Positions 36,447-45,230 are shown, counted from the first letter of the stretch. The stretch: 64,000 nucleotides of DNA from Candidatus Pacebacteria bacterium UBA6180 (GCA_002422165.1 DITQ01000001.1:7919-71918); one strand, 5' to 3'. Notes: a model not told the origin generated them from the sequence alone. Numbers and translations: made by a program.

Positions 36447-37559
36447 ATGCTTGATCAGTTCACTTCCGAATCCGTCGCCTCAGGACATCCTGACAAAATC
36501 TGCGATCAGATCTCTGATAGTATTGTTGACGCTTGTTTGGCAGCCGATCCACACAGTCGTGTGGCTGTCGAGACCCTCGTCACCACTGATAAAATTGTTT
36601 TGGCGGGTGAGATTACTTGCACGGCTGTGATCGACTATGAGGCCATCGCTCGTGCTACTGTCAAACGTCTTGGATATACCAATCCAGCTTGGGGTTTTTC
36701 CGATCAAGCTAGTGTTGAAGTTTACATCCACCAACAGTCGCCCGATATTGCAGCTGGTGTGGATGACGGTGGCGCTGGTGATCAGGGAATTATGTTTGGT
36801 TTTGCTTGTGACGAAACGCCTGAACTGATGCCTTTACCAATCATGCTTGCTCACCAACTAGTGCGCAATCTCGACCAAGCTCGAGAAACTGGCCAACTGC
36901 CTTACTTGCGTCCTGATGGCAAAGCACAGGTGGTGATTGATTACGCAAATAGCAAACCAGTGAAAGCTTCAACTGTCATTATGGCGGTGCCTTATGATAA
37001 AGCGGTTGCCAAAGAGCAACTAGAAAAAGATTTGTGGGAAAAAATTATTGTTCCTGCTCTTCGCAAGTATTTACCCAAGCAAACTCTTGACCAAAAACAA
37101 CTTAAGTTGATCATCAATGGTACTGGAGCTTGGGAAATTGGCGGACCTGCTTCTGACACAGGAGTGACTGGACGCAAAATCATTATCGACACCTACGGCG
37201 GTATGGGTCGGCACGGCGGCGGTTGTTTTTCGGGCAAAGATCCGAGCAAAGTCGATCGTTCCGGGGCCTATGCTGCTCGCTTTTTAGCCAAAAACATTGT
37301 CGCGCGTGGCTTGGCCAAGCGCGCTGAAGTGCGAGTGGCTTACGTGATAGGTCAGGCTAAACCAGTAGCAGTGGGAATTGAGACTTTTGGCACGGCGACG
37401 GTTAGTGATGTGAAAATCAAGGCTTACGCCAATTCTCTGCTTGATCTATCAGTGCAAAATATTATCAAGCAGTTAGATTTGCGTCGACCGATTTTTGCCG
37501 CGACAGCTGCTTATGGACACTTCGGCAGAGAAGAATTTAGCTGGGAAAAAATTATTTAA
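36447..37559 (+). CDS. metK: S-adenosylmethionine synthetase
   Basis: ...SESVASGHPDKICDQISD..., GGGAFSGKDPSKVDRS and other MetK motifs. The start was chosen at the ATG with an AAGGAG SD; the upstream part of the track ORF covers the riboswitch. Confidence 0.9.
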   Translation: MLDQFTSESVASGHPDKICDQISDSIVDACLAADPHSRVAVETLVTTDKIVLAGEITCTAVIDYEAIARATVKRLGYTNPAWGFSDQASVEVYIHQQSPDIAAGVDDGGAGDQGIMFGFACDETPELMPLPIMLAHQLVRNLDQARETGQLPYLRPDGKAQVVIDYANSKPVKASTVIMAVPYDKAVAKEQLEKDLWEKIIVPALRKYLPKQTLDQKQLKLIINGTGAWEIGGPASDTGVTGRKIIIDTYGGMGRHGGGCFSGKDPSKVDRSGAYAARFLAKNIVARGLAKRAEVRVAYVIGQAKPVAVGIETFGTATVSDVKIKAYANSLLDLSVQNIIKQLDLRRPIFAATAAYGHFGREEFSWEKII

Positions 37560-37576
37560 GTTCGAAGATAAACTTT

Positions 37577-37606
37577 CAAAAACCCCACCTTTTTCAAGGT
37601 GGGGTA
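37577..37606. terminator. bidirectional terminator between convergent metK and hsp20
   Basis: AAAAA-CCCCACCT-ttttca-AGGTGGGG; the A run becomes a U run for the minus-strand hsp20 transcript. Confidence 0.65.
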
Positions 37607-37658
37607 AATGATTCATCAGCGGATTTTTACGCTTTTTAGCTAAATTCGAGAACTCAAC

Positions 37659-38069
37659 TTAAGCCTTGATCTTCAACTTCCTGGGCTGAGCCAACTCAGA
37701 TTTCTTGAATTCGACTCTTAGGACGCCGTTTTGTACGGTTACTTCGGGCTCTTTACTCAAATCGATTTCACCAGGGACGGCGACCTTGTAGGAGTAAGAA
37801 AAAGCGGAGCGCGAGTAATATTTTCGATCTTCACTTTTCTCCTCAGTCTTTTTCTTGGCTTGAATCCAGAGCACACCTTTCTCAAACGTGATGTCGACAT
37901 CATCATTAGCCACGCCAGCGACGTTGGCTTCGACGACAACTTGGTTTTTGTCCTCGTAGACATTAAGGTTACTAGTAGAAGCACCATCAAAAAGGTCTTC
38001 ATCCCAGATGTCTGGCCAGCGGCTGAGCATGGCACTTAAGGGACTGTAGCGAACTATTGACATAGGCAA
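37659..38069 (-). CDS. small heat-shock protein (Hsp20/alpha-crystallin family)
   Basis: 136 aa; alpha-crystallin domain ...DITFEKGVLWIQAKKK...AFSYSYKVAVPGEIDLSKEPEVTVQNGVLRVEF. Confidence 0.88.
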   Translation of the reverse strand: MPMSIVRYSPLSAMLSRWPDIWDEDLFDGASTSNLNVYEDKNQVVVEANVAGVANDDVDITFEKGVLWIQAKKKTEEKSEDRKYYSRSAFSYSYKVAVPGEIDLSKEPEVTVQNGVLRVEFKKSELAQPRKLKIKA

Positions 38070-38145
38070 TTTCCTTTCTTTTTTGCAAATTAATTATTAC
38101 CTTTGGCAATCGCTGCCTACGACTGCTAGCTATATTAAAGCAAAC

Positions 38146-38172
38146 TTAGCAGTCTTTGTCAAATAGTGCTAA
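38146..38172. promoter_or_regulatory. CIRCE-like inverted repeat (HrcA-type operator) upstream of hsp20
   Basis: TTAGCAGTC-N9-TAGTGCTAA against the CIRCE consensus TTAGCACTC-N9-GAGTGCTAA, one mismatch per arm. It sits about 75-100 nt upstream of the hsp20 start. Confidence 0.55.
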
Positions 38173-38411
38173 AAAGGGATTTTATGTAGCCTGCAGAATC
38201 GCTTTACTTACTGCCTGGACCACGCGTGGGTCAAAAGGATCTGGAATAATGCAATCTTCTCGTGGATCGGTCACCAGCGCGGTAAGGCTCGGCGACACCT
38301 GGAGTGTAAAGCTAAGGATTGTTGATAGATTTGCTTGGACATAAGCAGTTATTCTAGCACCAAATATTCTAGAAAATTAGTGCTACAATGGTTTTTAAGA
38401 GAGAGGAGTTT

Positions 38412-39242
38412 ATGAAAAAACAAATGCTCTGGCCCTTGCTTTTAGCGTTCTTAGTTGGGTCTACTATCTACTATTTTTTCAATCGAGGAAGTTTATTTGA
38501 CCAGCCAGCGACTGAGCAGCTAGCAGGCCAGCAGTTGGCCGAATGCCCCTATGATCGCAACTTTTGTGCCTACATCGTTGCACAAGCTAAAGCCTTGGAG
38601 CGTGGCGTGGTAATTGAAACGACGACTACTGCCACTGATGGTAGCTCCAGTACCAGCCAGACCAGAATGGATGGCGCAGGCAGCATCGCCACGACCTCTT
38701 ACTTAAATGGTGAATTACAAGCAAACGTAGTGCTTTACGCTGGACAAACTTACGTTCAAGATTTAACTGATCAGGCTTGGTACGTGATGCGTTTGGACTT
38801 TGATCAGGCGGTTAGTAATGATGATGCCAACCCTCTGCCGGTCTATAGTGATCCGCGCCAAGCCTATGATTTGCAAGCATTGGCTCAAGTTAACAAACTG
38901 GGTACAGAGGCTTGTGGCAACTTGATGTGTGACAAATACGAATTGCTAAGCTCTCGAGAAATGGCCAATGCCACTCCTACTTATTTGTTGATTGACACCA
39001 GTGAACATTTGGCTCGTCGTTTGGAAATGATCTCTCCAGAAGGTAGTTTAGTTATGACTTATTCTTATGATGAAGAGGTGAGTGTGGAGAAACCTTATCC
39101 GCTCAAGGAAATGTCAACCATTACTTTCCCCTCTGGAAATTTAGATGAAATGCCAAGTGATGTGCCAGATCAGATGCCAAGTGAAGCGCCTTCACAGCAA
39201 GAGTTAGAAGAAATGATGCAAAATTATGGTTTGGACGGCTGA
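38412..39242 (+). CDS. hypothetical secreted/membrane-anchored protein with acidic C-terminal repeats
   Basis: N-terminal hydrophobic segment MKKQMLWPLLLAFLVGSTIYYFF; C-terminal DEMPSDVPDQMPSEAPSQQELEE. Confidence 0.55.
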   Translation: MKKQMLWPLLLAFLVGSTIYYFFNRGSLFDQPATEQLAGQQLAECPYDRNFCAYIVAQAKALERGVVIETTTTATDGSSSTSQTRMDGAGSIATTSYLNGELQANVVLYAGQTYVQDLTDQAWYVMRLDFDQAVSNDDANPLPVYSDPRQAYDLQALAQVNKLGTEACGNLMCDKYELLSSREMANATPTYLLIDTSEHLARRLEMISPEGSLVMTYSYDEEVSVEKPYPLKEMSTITFPSGNLDEMPSDVPDQMPSEAPSQQELEEMMQNYGLDG

Positions 39243-39379
39243 GTCTAGATTTTTTAGGTCAGTTGACTGATTTCTTGACCAAGCGCAACCAAGTACCTCA
39301 TTGTAGAAATCATGAGTAAGAAAAGCACCTGCAGAAATGGCGGTGACATTGTATAATCGATCGATAGAAAGGCAATCAA

Positions 39380-40052
39380 ATGTTGCAGGAATTCTCTGTT
39401 GCTGCATTGCAGCGACCAATTTTTATTTTAGCCCATCCTGATGATGAGCTTTTGTTCTTTGGAGTACTTGACTGTCTTTGTCGAAAATACTAACGCACAT
39501 CCTCTCCTCATTTTCTTGACTGCTGGTGAATTTGGCATTGCTGCTGATTCACCGCTTACTCCTGAAGAAATGGCCTTGATCAGAAGAAAAGAGGCCGAGC
39601 AAGCAGCTTATTCTCTTGGCGCAAGTGTGATCATCATGAGCTTTCCTGATTCAGGTTTGTCATTCATCCCACTAGAAAAGTTAGTTGAGGCGGTCATGCC
39701 GATCATTCGTGAACACGAGGCCGATGGGATTTTTTCTTTTGATCCTTTTGTGACAGCTGACCTCATAGATCATCCTGATCATAACGTCGCCGGCCAGGTA
39801 GCCCGCTATAGCGCGATGGCAGACGTCAAATATTTTCTGCCAGAGTCAAAAGCTTTGCAGAAAAGGCCGCAGTTGTATTTGTTGACGAGGCCTAATGAAG
39901 AGAATCATACCTTGCCTCACACAGCGGAACTAGATCAGCGAAGAGTTAAATATATGGAAAAACACTACCCCTCACAGTTCAGGCCAGAAAAGCGCGAGGA
40001 ATGGGTGACTTTCTTTGATAGCACCATTGAGGCTTACGAGCGAGTCAGGTAA
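39380..40052 (+). pseudogene. PIG-L/LmbE-family N-acetylglucosaminyl deacetylase, interrupted by a +1 frameshift near 39460-39495
   Basis: Frame A (39380-39493) encodes MLQEF...RPIFILAHPDDELLFFG... and then hits a stop. Frame B (39441-40052) continues ...NAHPLLIFLTAGEFG... to the DHPDH motif. Joined, they form the full AHPDDE...HxDH PIG-L architecture. Confidence 0.6.
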
Positions 40053-40061
40053 TAACTAACC

Positions 40062-40241
40062 TTACTTAGGCATGGCAAGCAGACCCATCTTGGAGAAGTA
40101 GAGCCAAGCCAAGATGATAACAAAAATGATGAAGACGGCAATCAAGTTATTGGCTTGGGGGTGCTTGCGGTGAAACTCTTCTTGTTCCTTGAGTAATAAT
40201 GGTTTGGAGAGGATGGACTGTTTAGTCTTTTTCTTGGGCAT
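40062..40241 (-). CDS. unlisted 59-aa tail-anchored membrane protein
   Basis: ATG at 40241 and TAA at 40062-40064; MPKKKTKQSILSKPLLLKEQEEFHRKHPQANNLIAVFIIFVIILAWLYFSKMGLLAMPK. Basic N-terminus and a single C-terminal TM. Falls below the 60-aa cutoff of the ORF track. Confidence 0.4.
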   Translation of the reverse strand: MPKKKTKQSILSKPLLLKEQEEFHRKHPQANNLIAVFIIFVIILAWLYFSKMGLLAMPK

Positions 40242-40330
40242 GGCAGGCTTTAGATAATTATTACTTGGTAAATTTTACAGCATAAGGCTGCTACTACGCA
40301 AGCGATGCTCACTCATGTTATGCTTAATGT

Positions 40331-42022
40331 ATGCTTGCCGATAACAAACTTGCCCAACTTTTACTTGAAGCTAAGAAGACCGATCAGGCCACCCTCAAAA
40401 AAGCGGCTGATTTCGCAGTGGAAAATAAAATTAACCTTTACGAGGCGCTTGTTCAGTCAGAATTAGTTAGTGACAGAGATATTGGTGAAGTAGTGGCAGC
40501 GGTATACAAGTTGCCATTAGTAGTTTTGACTCAAGTTTCGATTTTGCCAGAAGTGATCAACATTATTCCTGAAGCGATTGCCCAGAAATCGCGAGTAATT
40601 GCTTTCCAAAGGACGGATGCAGACATCAAAGTTGCCATTGCTGACCCAAGCAGTGTTGCTGTGCTCAAGTCAATTGAAAAAAAAACCGGTTTGAAGGTAA
40701 GTGTCTATTATGCCACCGAGAATGACATTGATCACGTTATTTCACTTTATCGTCAAGACTTGCAGAAGAAATTTGAAGCTCTTCTCAAGGAAGGCTTGGG
40801 TTCAGCGGTAATTTCAGACAAGAAAATTGATCCCCCTATCGAAAAAATCCTCTATTTGCTCATCAGCTCTGCTTACGAACAGAAGGCTTCAGACATCCAC
40901 ATTGAGCCCAAAGAAAATGAATCACTAGTTCGTTTTCGCATCGATGGCATCCTGTATGATTCCTTGCGTTTTCCACTCAAGTTGCATGATCGTATCGTCA
41001 CTAGAATCAAAGTTTTATCCAATCTGCGCACCGACGAGCATTTAACTGCCCAGGATGGCAAAATGCAAATTACTTTGGAGGCAGAAAATTTGGATTTGCG
41101 TGTCTCCATTTTACCGATCGCTGATGGTGAGAAGGTAGTTTTGCGTTTGTTGTCATCCAAATCACGCTCTTTTTCTCTAAGTGATCTGGGAATGAATGAA
41201 ATTGATTTGGAAAAGATGAAGAAGGCCTTTAGCAAGCCAAATGGTATGATTTTGTCGACTGGACCGACGGGTGCAGGTAAAACCACTTCCATCTACGCCA
41301 TTTTGAAAGTCATCAATACTCGGGACAAAAACATCACCTCAGTCGAGGATCCAGTCGAGTACAAAATTAAGGGCGTCAATCAAATTCAGGTCAACACCAA
41401 GACCAACCTGACTTTTGCCAATGGCTTGCGCTCAGTGCTGCGCCAAGATCCAGATTACATCTTCGTCGGGGAGATTCGTGACAACGAGACGGCGGCGATT
41501 GCCGTCAATGCGGCCCTGACTGGTCATTTGGTATTTTCGACCCTGCACACCAATGATGCTCCTTCAGCTATTCCTAGACTGATTGACATGCAAGTTGAGC
41601 CATTTTTGGTGGCTTCGACAGTCAATCTAGTGGTTGCTCAGCGCTTGGTGCGCAAAAACTGTGAGCACTGTCGCCAGGAATTCACCGTTTCTCGTGAACA
41701 AATGAATAGCTATTTTTCTACAGAGCTGGTGACACAGTATTTTCCGAGTGACAAGCAAGGCAAAGATATTACCCTGACCAAAGGTAAAGGTTGTAAGAAA
41801 TGCAATTTTAGCGGCTATGAAGGTCGTATTGGTATTTTTGAACTCTTGGAGGTGACCAAGGACATTCGCGCTCTAATCACTGACAAGCAGGATTCCGACG
41901 TAATCCGTGAAGCGGCGCTTAAGGAAGGCATGGTCAGTATGCTTGACGATGGTCTGCAAAAAATTGCCAAAGGTTTAACTACCATAGAAGAAGTATTTAG
42001 AGTCACCAAGGTCGAGTCCTAA
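40331..42022 (+). CDS. pilB: type IV pilus/T2SS assembly ATPase PilB/GspE
   Basis: 563 aa; GspII_E N-domain, Walker A GPTGAGKTT, Asp/His boxes, and a tetracysteine motif (CEHC...CKKC). Confidence 0.9.
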   Translation: MLADNKLAQLLLEAKKTDQATLKKAADFAVENKINLYEALVQSELVSDRDIGEVVAAVYKLPLVVLTQVSILPEVINIIPEAIAQKSRVIAFQRTDADIKVAIADPSSVAVLKSIEKKTGLKVSVYYATENDIDHVISLYRQDLQKKFEALLKEGLGSAVISDKKIDPPIEKILYLLISSAYEQKASDIHIEPKENESLVRFRIDGILYDSLRFPLKLHDRIVTRIKVLSNLRTDEHLTAQDGKMQITLEAENLDLRVSILPIADGEKVVLRLLSSKSRSFSLSDLGMNEIDLEKMKKAFSKPNGMILSTGPTGAGKTTSIYAILKVINTRDKNITSVEDPVEYKIKGVNQIQVNTKTNLTFANGLRSVLRQDPDYIFVGEIRDNETAAIAVNAALTGHLVFSTLHTNDAPSAIPRLIDMQVEPFLVASTVNLVVAQRLVRKNCEHCRQEFTVSREQMNSYFSTELVTQYFPSDKQGKDITLTKGKGCKKCNFSGYEGRIGIFELLEVTKDIRALITDKQDSDVIREAALKEGMVSMLDDGLQKIAKGLTTIEEVFRVTKVES

Positions 42023-42033
42023 TTTGACACGCC

Positions 42034-43089
42034 ATGCAAGTTTCTTCACTCAAAATTACCCCTGATGAAAAGATGCAGTTGCTCAGTAATATGGGGACGA
42101 TGCTGGCGGCTGGTATTCCTATTCTAGAAGTGGTCAATTCTTTGCTAGAAGAAGCCAAAGCCAACGTCAAGAAAATTTTGACCACTCTCAAGGAAGATTT
42201 GGAGTCAGGCAAAGTGATTAATGAGTCGTTTTCGAAATTTCCGCGCTCATTTGATAAAGTGACAGTCAACTTGATCAAAGCTGCCGAAGAGGCGGGCACT
42301 CTGGAAGTGGCCCTCAAAGATCTCAAGGAAGGCATTCGCAAAGAAATGGAATTCAATGATAAGGTCAAATCTGCACTGATGTATCCAGTTTTTGTCTTAA
42401 TGGTTTTCATCGGAGTGATGCTGATGATGCTGATTGTGGTCATCCCCAAAATTGCCAAGGTTTTCACTCGTCTCAAAGCTGACTTGCCTTTGCCCACTAA
42501 AATTATGATCTACGCTTCGGACATACTGATCAATCATTGGCAGTGGGTTTTGGTTGGCTTGGGTTTATTCATTTTGATTATCATGCTGCTAGTGCGTTAT
42601 CAGAAGCAATTTTTATTATCTATTTTGCACTCGATTCCCTTGGTTTCTGACTTGGTGCGCCAAATCGACATCACTCGTTTCGCTCGCAGCATGGCACTTC
42701 TGCTCAATTCTGGCATTCCTATCGTGGCTGCTCTAGAGCTATCTCAAGATGTGATGGTCAAAAAAGAAATGAGACAGCTAGTGGAAAATGCTAGGCAAAT
42801 GGTGATGGCCGGCAAGCGCTTTGCTGAAGGCTTGCGCTCCAAGAAAAAATTGGTCTCAGGGATGACTATTAAGTTAATTGAAGTTGGCGAACGCAGTGGC
42901 ACTCTCAATGAGTCGATGAAAGACATCACCGAGAATTTAGATTATGAAGTCACCAAAAACCTAGAATCAGCGACGGCTTTGTTAGAGCCAATTATGCTGG
43001 TTTTTGTCGGTGTGGTTGTCGGCGGCATGATGATGTCCATCATCGGACCGATTTATGGCTTGATTTCTACCGTGCAGATTGGACGGTAA
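42034..43089 (+). CDS. pilC: type IV pilus platform protein PilC/GspF
   Basis: 351 aa; two T2SS-F repeats; 3-4 TM segments. Confidence 0.85.
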   Translation: MQVSSLKITPDEKMQLLSNMGTMLAAGIPILEVVNSLLEEAKANVKKILTTLKEDLESGKVINESFSKFPRSFDKVTVNLIKAAEEAGTLEVALKDLKEGIRKEMEFNDKVKSALMYPVFVLMVFIGVMLMMLIVVIPKIAKVFTRLKADLPLPTKIMIYASDILINHWQWVLVGLGLFILIIMLLVRYQKQFLLSILHSIPLVSDLVRQIDITRFARSMALLLNSGIPIVAALELSQDVMVKKEMRQLVENARQMVMAGKRFAEGLRSKKKLVSGMTIKLIEVGERSGTLNESMKDITENLDYEVTKNLESATALLEPIMLVFVGVVVGGMMMSIIGPIYGLISTVQIGR

Positions 43090-43094
43090 ATTAA

Positions 43095-43655
43095 TTAGTA
43101 CGGAACATTCTTAATTTTTAATAGATATCCAATCACATTGCTTGCCAGATGCAAAACAATAAACATCATTACGACTGTAAGAACATCCTTAAGTGAAATA
43201 GAAACGATAGAGCTAGCTGCTAACATGGCAAACACAGAGTGATCCATTTCATCAAATGGTATCCATGGAGAATGGGGATCTCTATTTAAAGTTCTTTTCA
43301 ATATACTTTTAAACACATCTCCAAATAAGGCAAAAAATGACATTATTAAATAAAGTAAAATACTAGTTTTCTCATCAATTTGCACTAACAAATATTGGTC
43401 TGAGATCAGTTTGTCTAAATAAATTGTCTTAAAAATTCCAAAACCAAAACCAAACAAAGTTCCAAAAAGAAATCCTCCAAGATTTTTATGATCTCCAATT
43501 ATTCTGTTGCCATTGATTTTCAAGCCAAAATCAATGGGTTTTTTTATTGATTTGAATAGAGGAATAAACTTAGCAATATTAGCACCTATGTTTGCCATGG
43601 CGGCTGGCAGGTAGAAATAAAAGCAAGCAAATAAATAAATTCCTACTACTTCCAT
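43095..43655 (-). CDS. CarS-like (DUF46, CDP-archaeol synthase family) CTP-transferase membrane protein
   Basis: ...YLPAAMANIGANIAKFIPLFKSIKKPIDFGLKINGNRIIGDHKNLGGFLFGTLFG... follows the CarS pattern (LP.Y.AN...P.D.G...DG.RILGD.KT..G). The C-terminus carries a GDxxKSxxKR-like motif shared with CdsA. Confidence 0.6.
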   Translation of the reverse strand: MEVVGIYLFACFYFYLPAAMANIGANIAKFIPLFKSIKKPIDFGLKINGNRIIGDHKNLGGFLFGTLFGFGFGIFKTIYLDKLISDQYLLVQIDEKTSILLYLIMSFFALFGDVFKSILKRTLNRDPHSPWIPFDEMDHSVFAMLAASSIVSISLKDVLTVVMMFIVLHLASNVIGYLLKIKNVPY

Positions 43656-44101
43656 AAAATCATAATCCCTAAATAAAATGCCCACAAAAATCTGAGCGGC
43701 AACATTAAATGTTTATTAGATTTGATGCTATAAATTGAAAGAAATATATTTATTAAATACAAAGCAAAAAAGATTTTTCCAAGATCAGTATTTAAATGTG
43801 CTGCGAAAATAAAACCTTCGCTTATTCTGTCCACTACCACATCAATCATCCAACCCTTTTTAGAAATTGTTTTTCTAGCTCTAGCGGCAGCACCGTCCAA
43901 CCAATCAGCAAGTAAAATTAAAACAATTAAATAAAAGTTTAAGTGATGATTGTTAATAAACAAATAAAATATTGAAGCCAGTAGTGAAAATATTTGCAAA
44001 TAATTGGGGTTAAAAAAACCAAATGGGAGAAATTTCTCCATCAACTCAAGAGGTTTTCTGTATATGCTAGCTAAAGCTGTCCGCTGAGGAACATTTTCCA
44101 T
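43646..44101 (-). CDS. CDP-alcohol phosphatidyltransferase family protein (short, 151 aa)
   Basis: Signature D-x2-DG-x2-AR-x8-G-x3-D-x3-D, seen as DWLDGAAARARKTISKKGWMIDVVVD; 4 TM segments. Confidence 0.75.
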   Translation of the reverse strand: MENVPQRTALASIYRKPLELMEKFLPFGFFNPNYLQIFSLLASIFYLFINNHHLNFYLIVLILLADWLDGAAARARKTISKKGWMIDVVVDRISEGFIFAAHLNTDLGKIFFALYLINIFLSIYSIKSNKHLMLPLRFLWAFYLGIMILWK

Positions 44102-44532
44102 AAAAATCCTGAAATTAATAATACAATTATTTCAATAATAATTTTTAAACTTCTTTTTTGGGGGAGTAAGTTTATTTCTGATTTATCAAATGGATTAAAG
44201 GGAATTGATATTCCAATAATAAAATCTTCTGCCAGATGAATCATCATTGGTATTCCAATTAAAATTGCCATTTGTAAATTAAAAAATGATATAAAAAGCA
44301 TTAGCAATCCAATAATAATAAAGCCAATCAGCTCATGAAAAATGCTTCTGGCTTTATGCATGTTTTCAGGAACTGCAGTACTTTTGTCTTTGAAAAAATA
44401 ATAAAGATGATCTAAGTCGATAATTGCGGCACTGATGAATGGAATTATTAATAAAGAATGTTGGTTAGATTGTACTCCAGCCAACAAAACAGCTACTAAA
44501 GATCCAGAAATCGCGTGAGTTAATGTTGTCAC
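44071..44532 (-). CDS. small polytopic membrane protein, possibly a DUF457-type membrane-bound metal-dependent hydrolase
   Basis: MTTLTHAISGSLVAVLLAG... N-terminus typical of YdjM/DUF457; conserved His and Asp in TM segments; 153 aa. Confidence 0.4.
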   Translation of the reverse strand: MTTLTHAISGSLVAVLLAGVQSNQHSLLIIPFISAAIIDLDHLYYFFKDKSTAVPENMHKARSIFHELIGFIIIGLLMLFISFFNLQMAILIGIPMMIHLAEDFIIGISIPFNPFDKSEINLLPQKRSLKIIIEIIVLLISGFLWKMFLSGQL

Positions 44533-44602
44533 CTGATCATTATGCTTAAAATAACAGTTTGGGTAAAGAGCAAATTACATTTGATTTGTCTGAACTGTAA
44601 AT

Positions 44603-44633
44603 TTAAAAAACCACCCGCTTGTGGCGGGTGGTT
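44603..44633 (-). terminator. Rho-independent terminator downstream of the major pilin gene
   Basis: AAAAAA-CCACCCGC-ttgtg-GCGGGTGG-TTT. On the minus strand the hairpin is followed by TTTTTT. Confidence 0.7.
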
Positions 44634-44658
44634 TGCGTTTCTCTATTTAGAGTGGTAA

Positions 44659-45129
44659 TTACCGAGTGACGGTAATGACGGTGTCTGTCGCTTCTGGAGC
44701 TGAGACAGTGATGCGAGCGTCAGTGGCACTTTGGCTAATTTCGTAGCCAGTTGAGTAAGCCTCAGAACAGTCATCAACTGGATCTGCGCCGCTAGAAGGA
44801 TCAACTGGTAGGGCAGCGATGTATTGAGGTACTAAGTCGTCACACAAATCGATTAGGTCAGTACCATCAGAAATTTCAGTAGCAGTGGCAGTGATGGACC
44901 CTGGAGGTGTGCCGTTATGGTCAGCCATGTATTGGTGGACGGCATTGAGGATGGAGTTGACGTCACTGCTCCTTTGGGTGTTGTTAGCCTGAGCGAACTG
45001 ACGAGCAGGGTTGATGGCGATCAAAACAATCGCTAGTAAGACAGCTAAGATACCGATAACGACCAGAAGTTCAATAAGAGTAAAACCTTTGGCTTTGCTT
45101 AGCAATTTAGATGAGGCAGAAATTTGCAT
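44659..45129 (-). CDS. type IV pilin (prepilin-type N-terminal methylation motif), candidate major pilin
   Basis: ...KGFTLIELLVVIGILAVLLAIVLIAINP... class III signal with Glu5; 156 aa; it has its own terminator. Confidence 0.8.
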   Translation of the reverse strand: MQISASSKLLSKAKGFTLIELLVVIGILAVLLAIVLIAINPARQFAQANNTQRSSDVNSILNAVHQYMADHNGTPPGSITATATEISDGTDLIDLCDDLVPQYIAALPVDPSSGADPVDDCSEAYSTGYEISQSATDARITVSAPEATDTVITVTR

Positions 45130-45230
45130 ATTCGATTTTCCGTAATTTTTAATATTTTCCTAATACTTACTATCAGTATAATTAGACAATTTGTAAACTG
45201 TCAAGTCAAGTTTACAAAACCATATCAAAA

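Noticed and set aside
36266-36454. 62-aa ORF and the 26-aa N-terminal extension of the metK track ORF
   Set aside because: The region matches a SAM-I riboswitch. The real metK start is the ATG at 36447, preceded by AAGGAG.
38156-38344. 62-aa plus-strand ORF in the hsp20 upstream region
   Set aside because: It overlaps the CIRCE-like operator and promoter region, has no RBS, and no coding-like composition. It is probably non-coding regulatory DNA.
43646-43712. Possible frameshift fusing the CDP-alcohol phosphatidyltransferase ORF with the CarS-like ORF into one bifunctional protein
   Set aside because: Both ORFs have sensible independent starts and ends. The CarS-like family normally begins directly with a TM helix like the one at the internal Met. 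Short overlaps of 10-30 nt are common in this window. Two separate genes is the more parsimonious reading.
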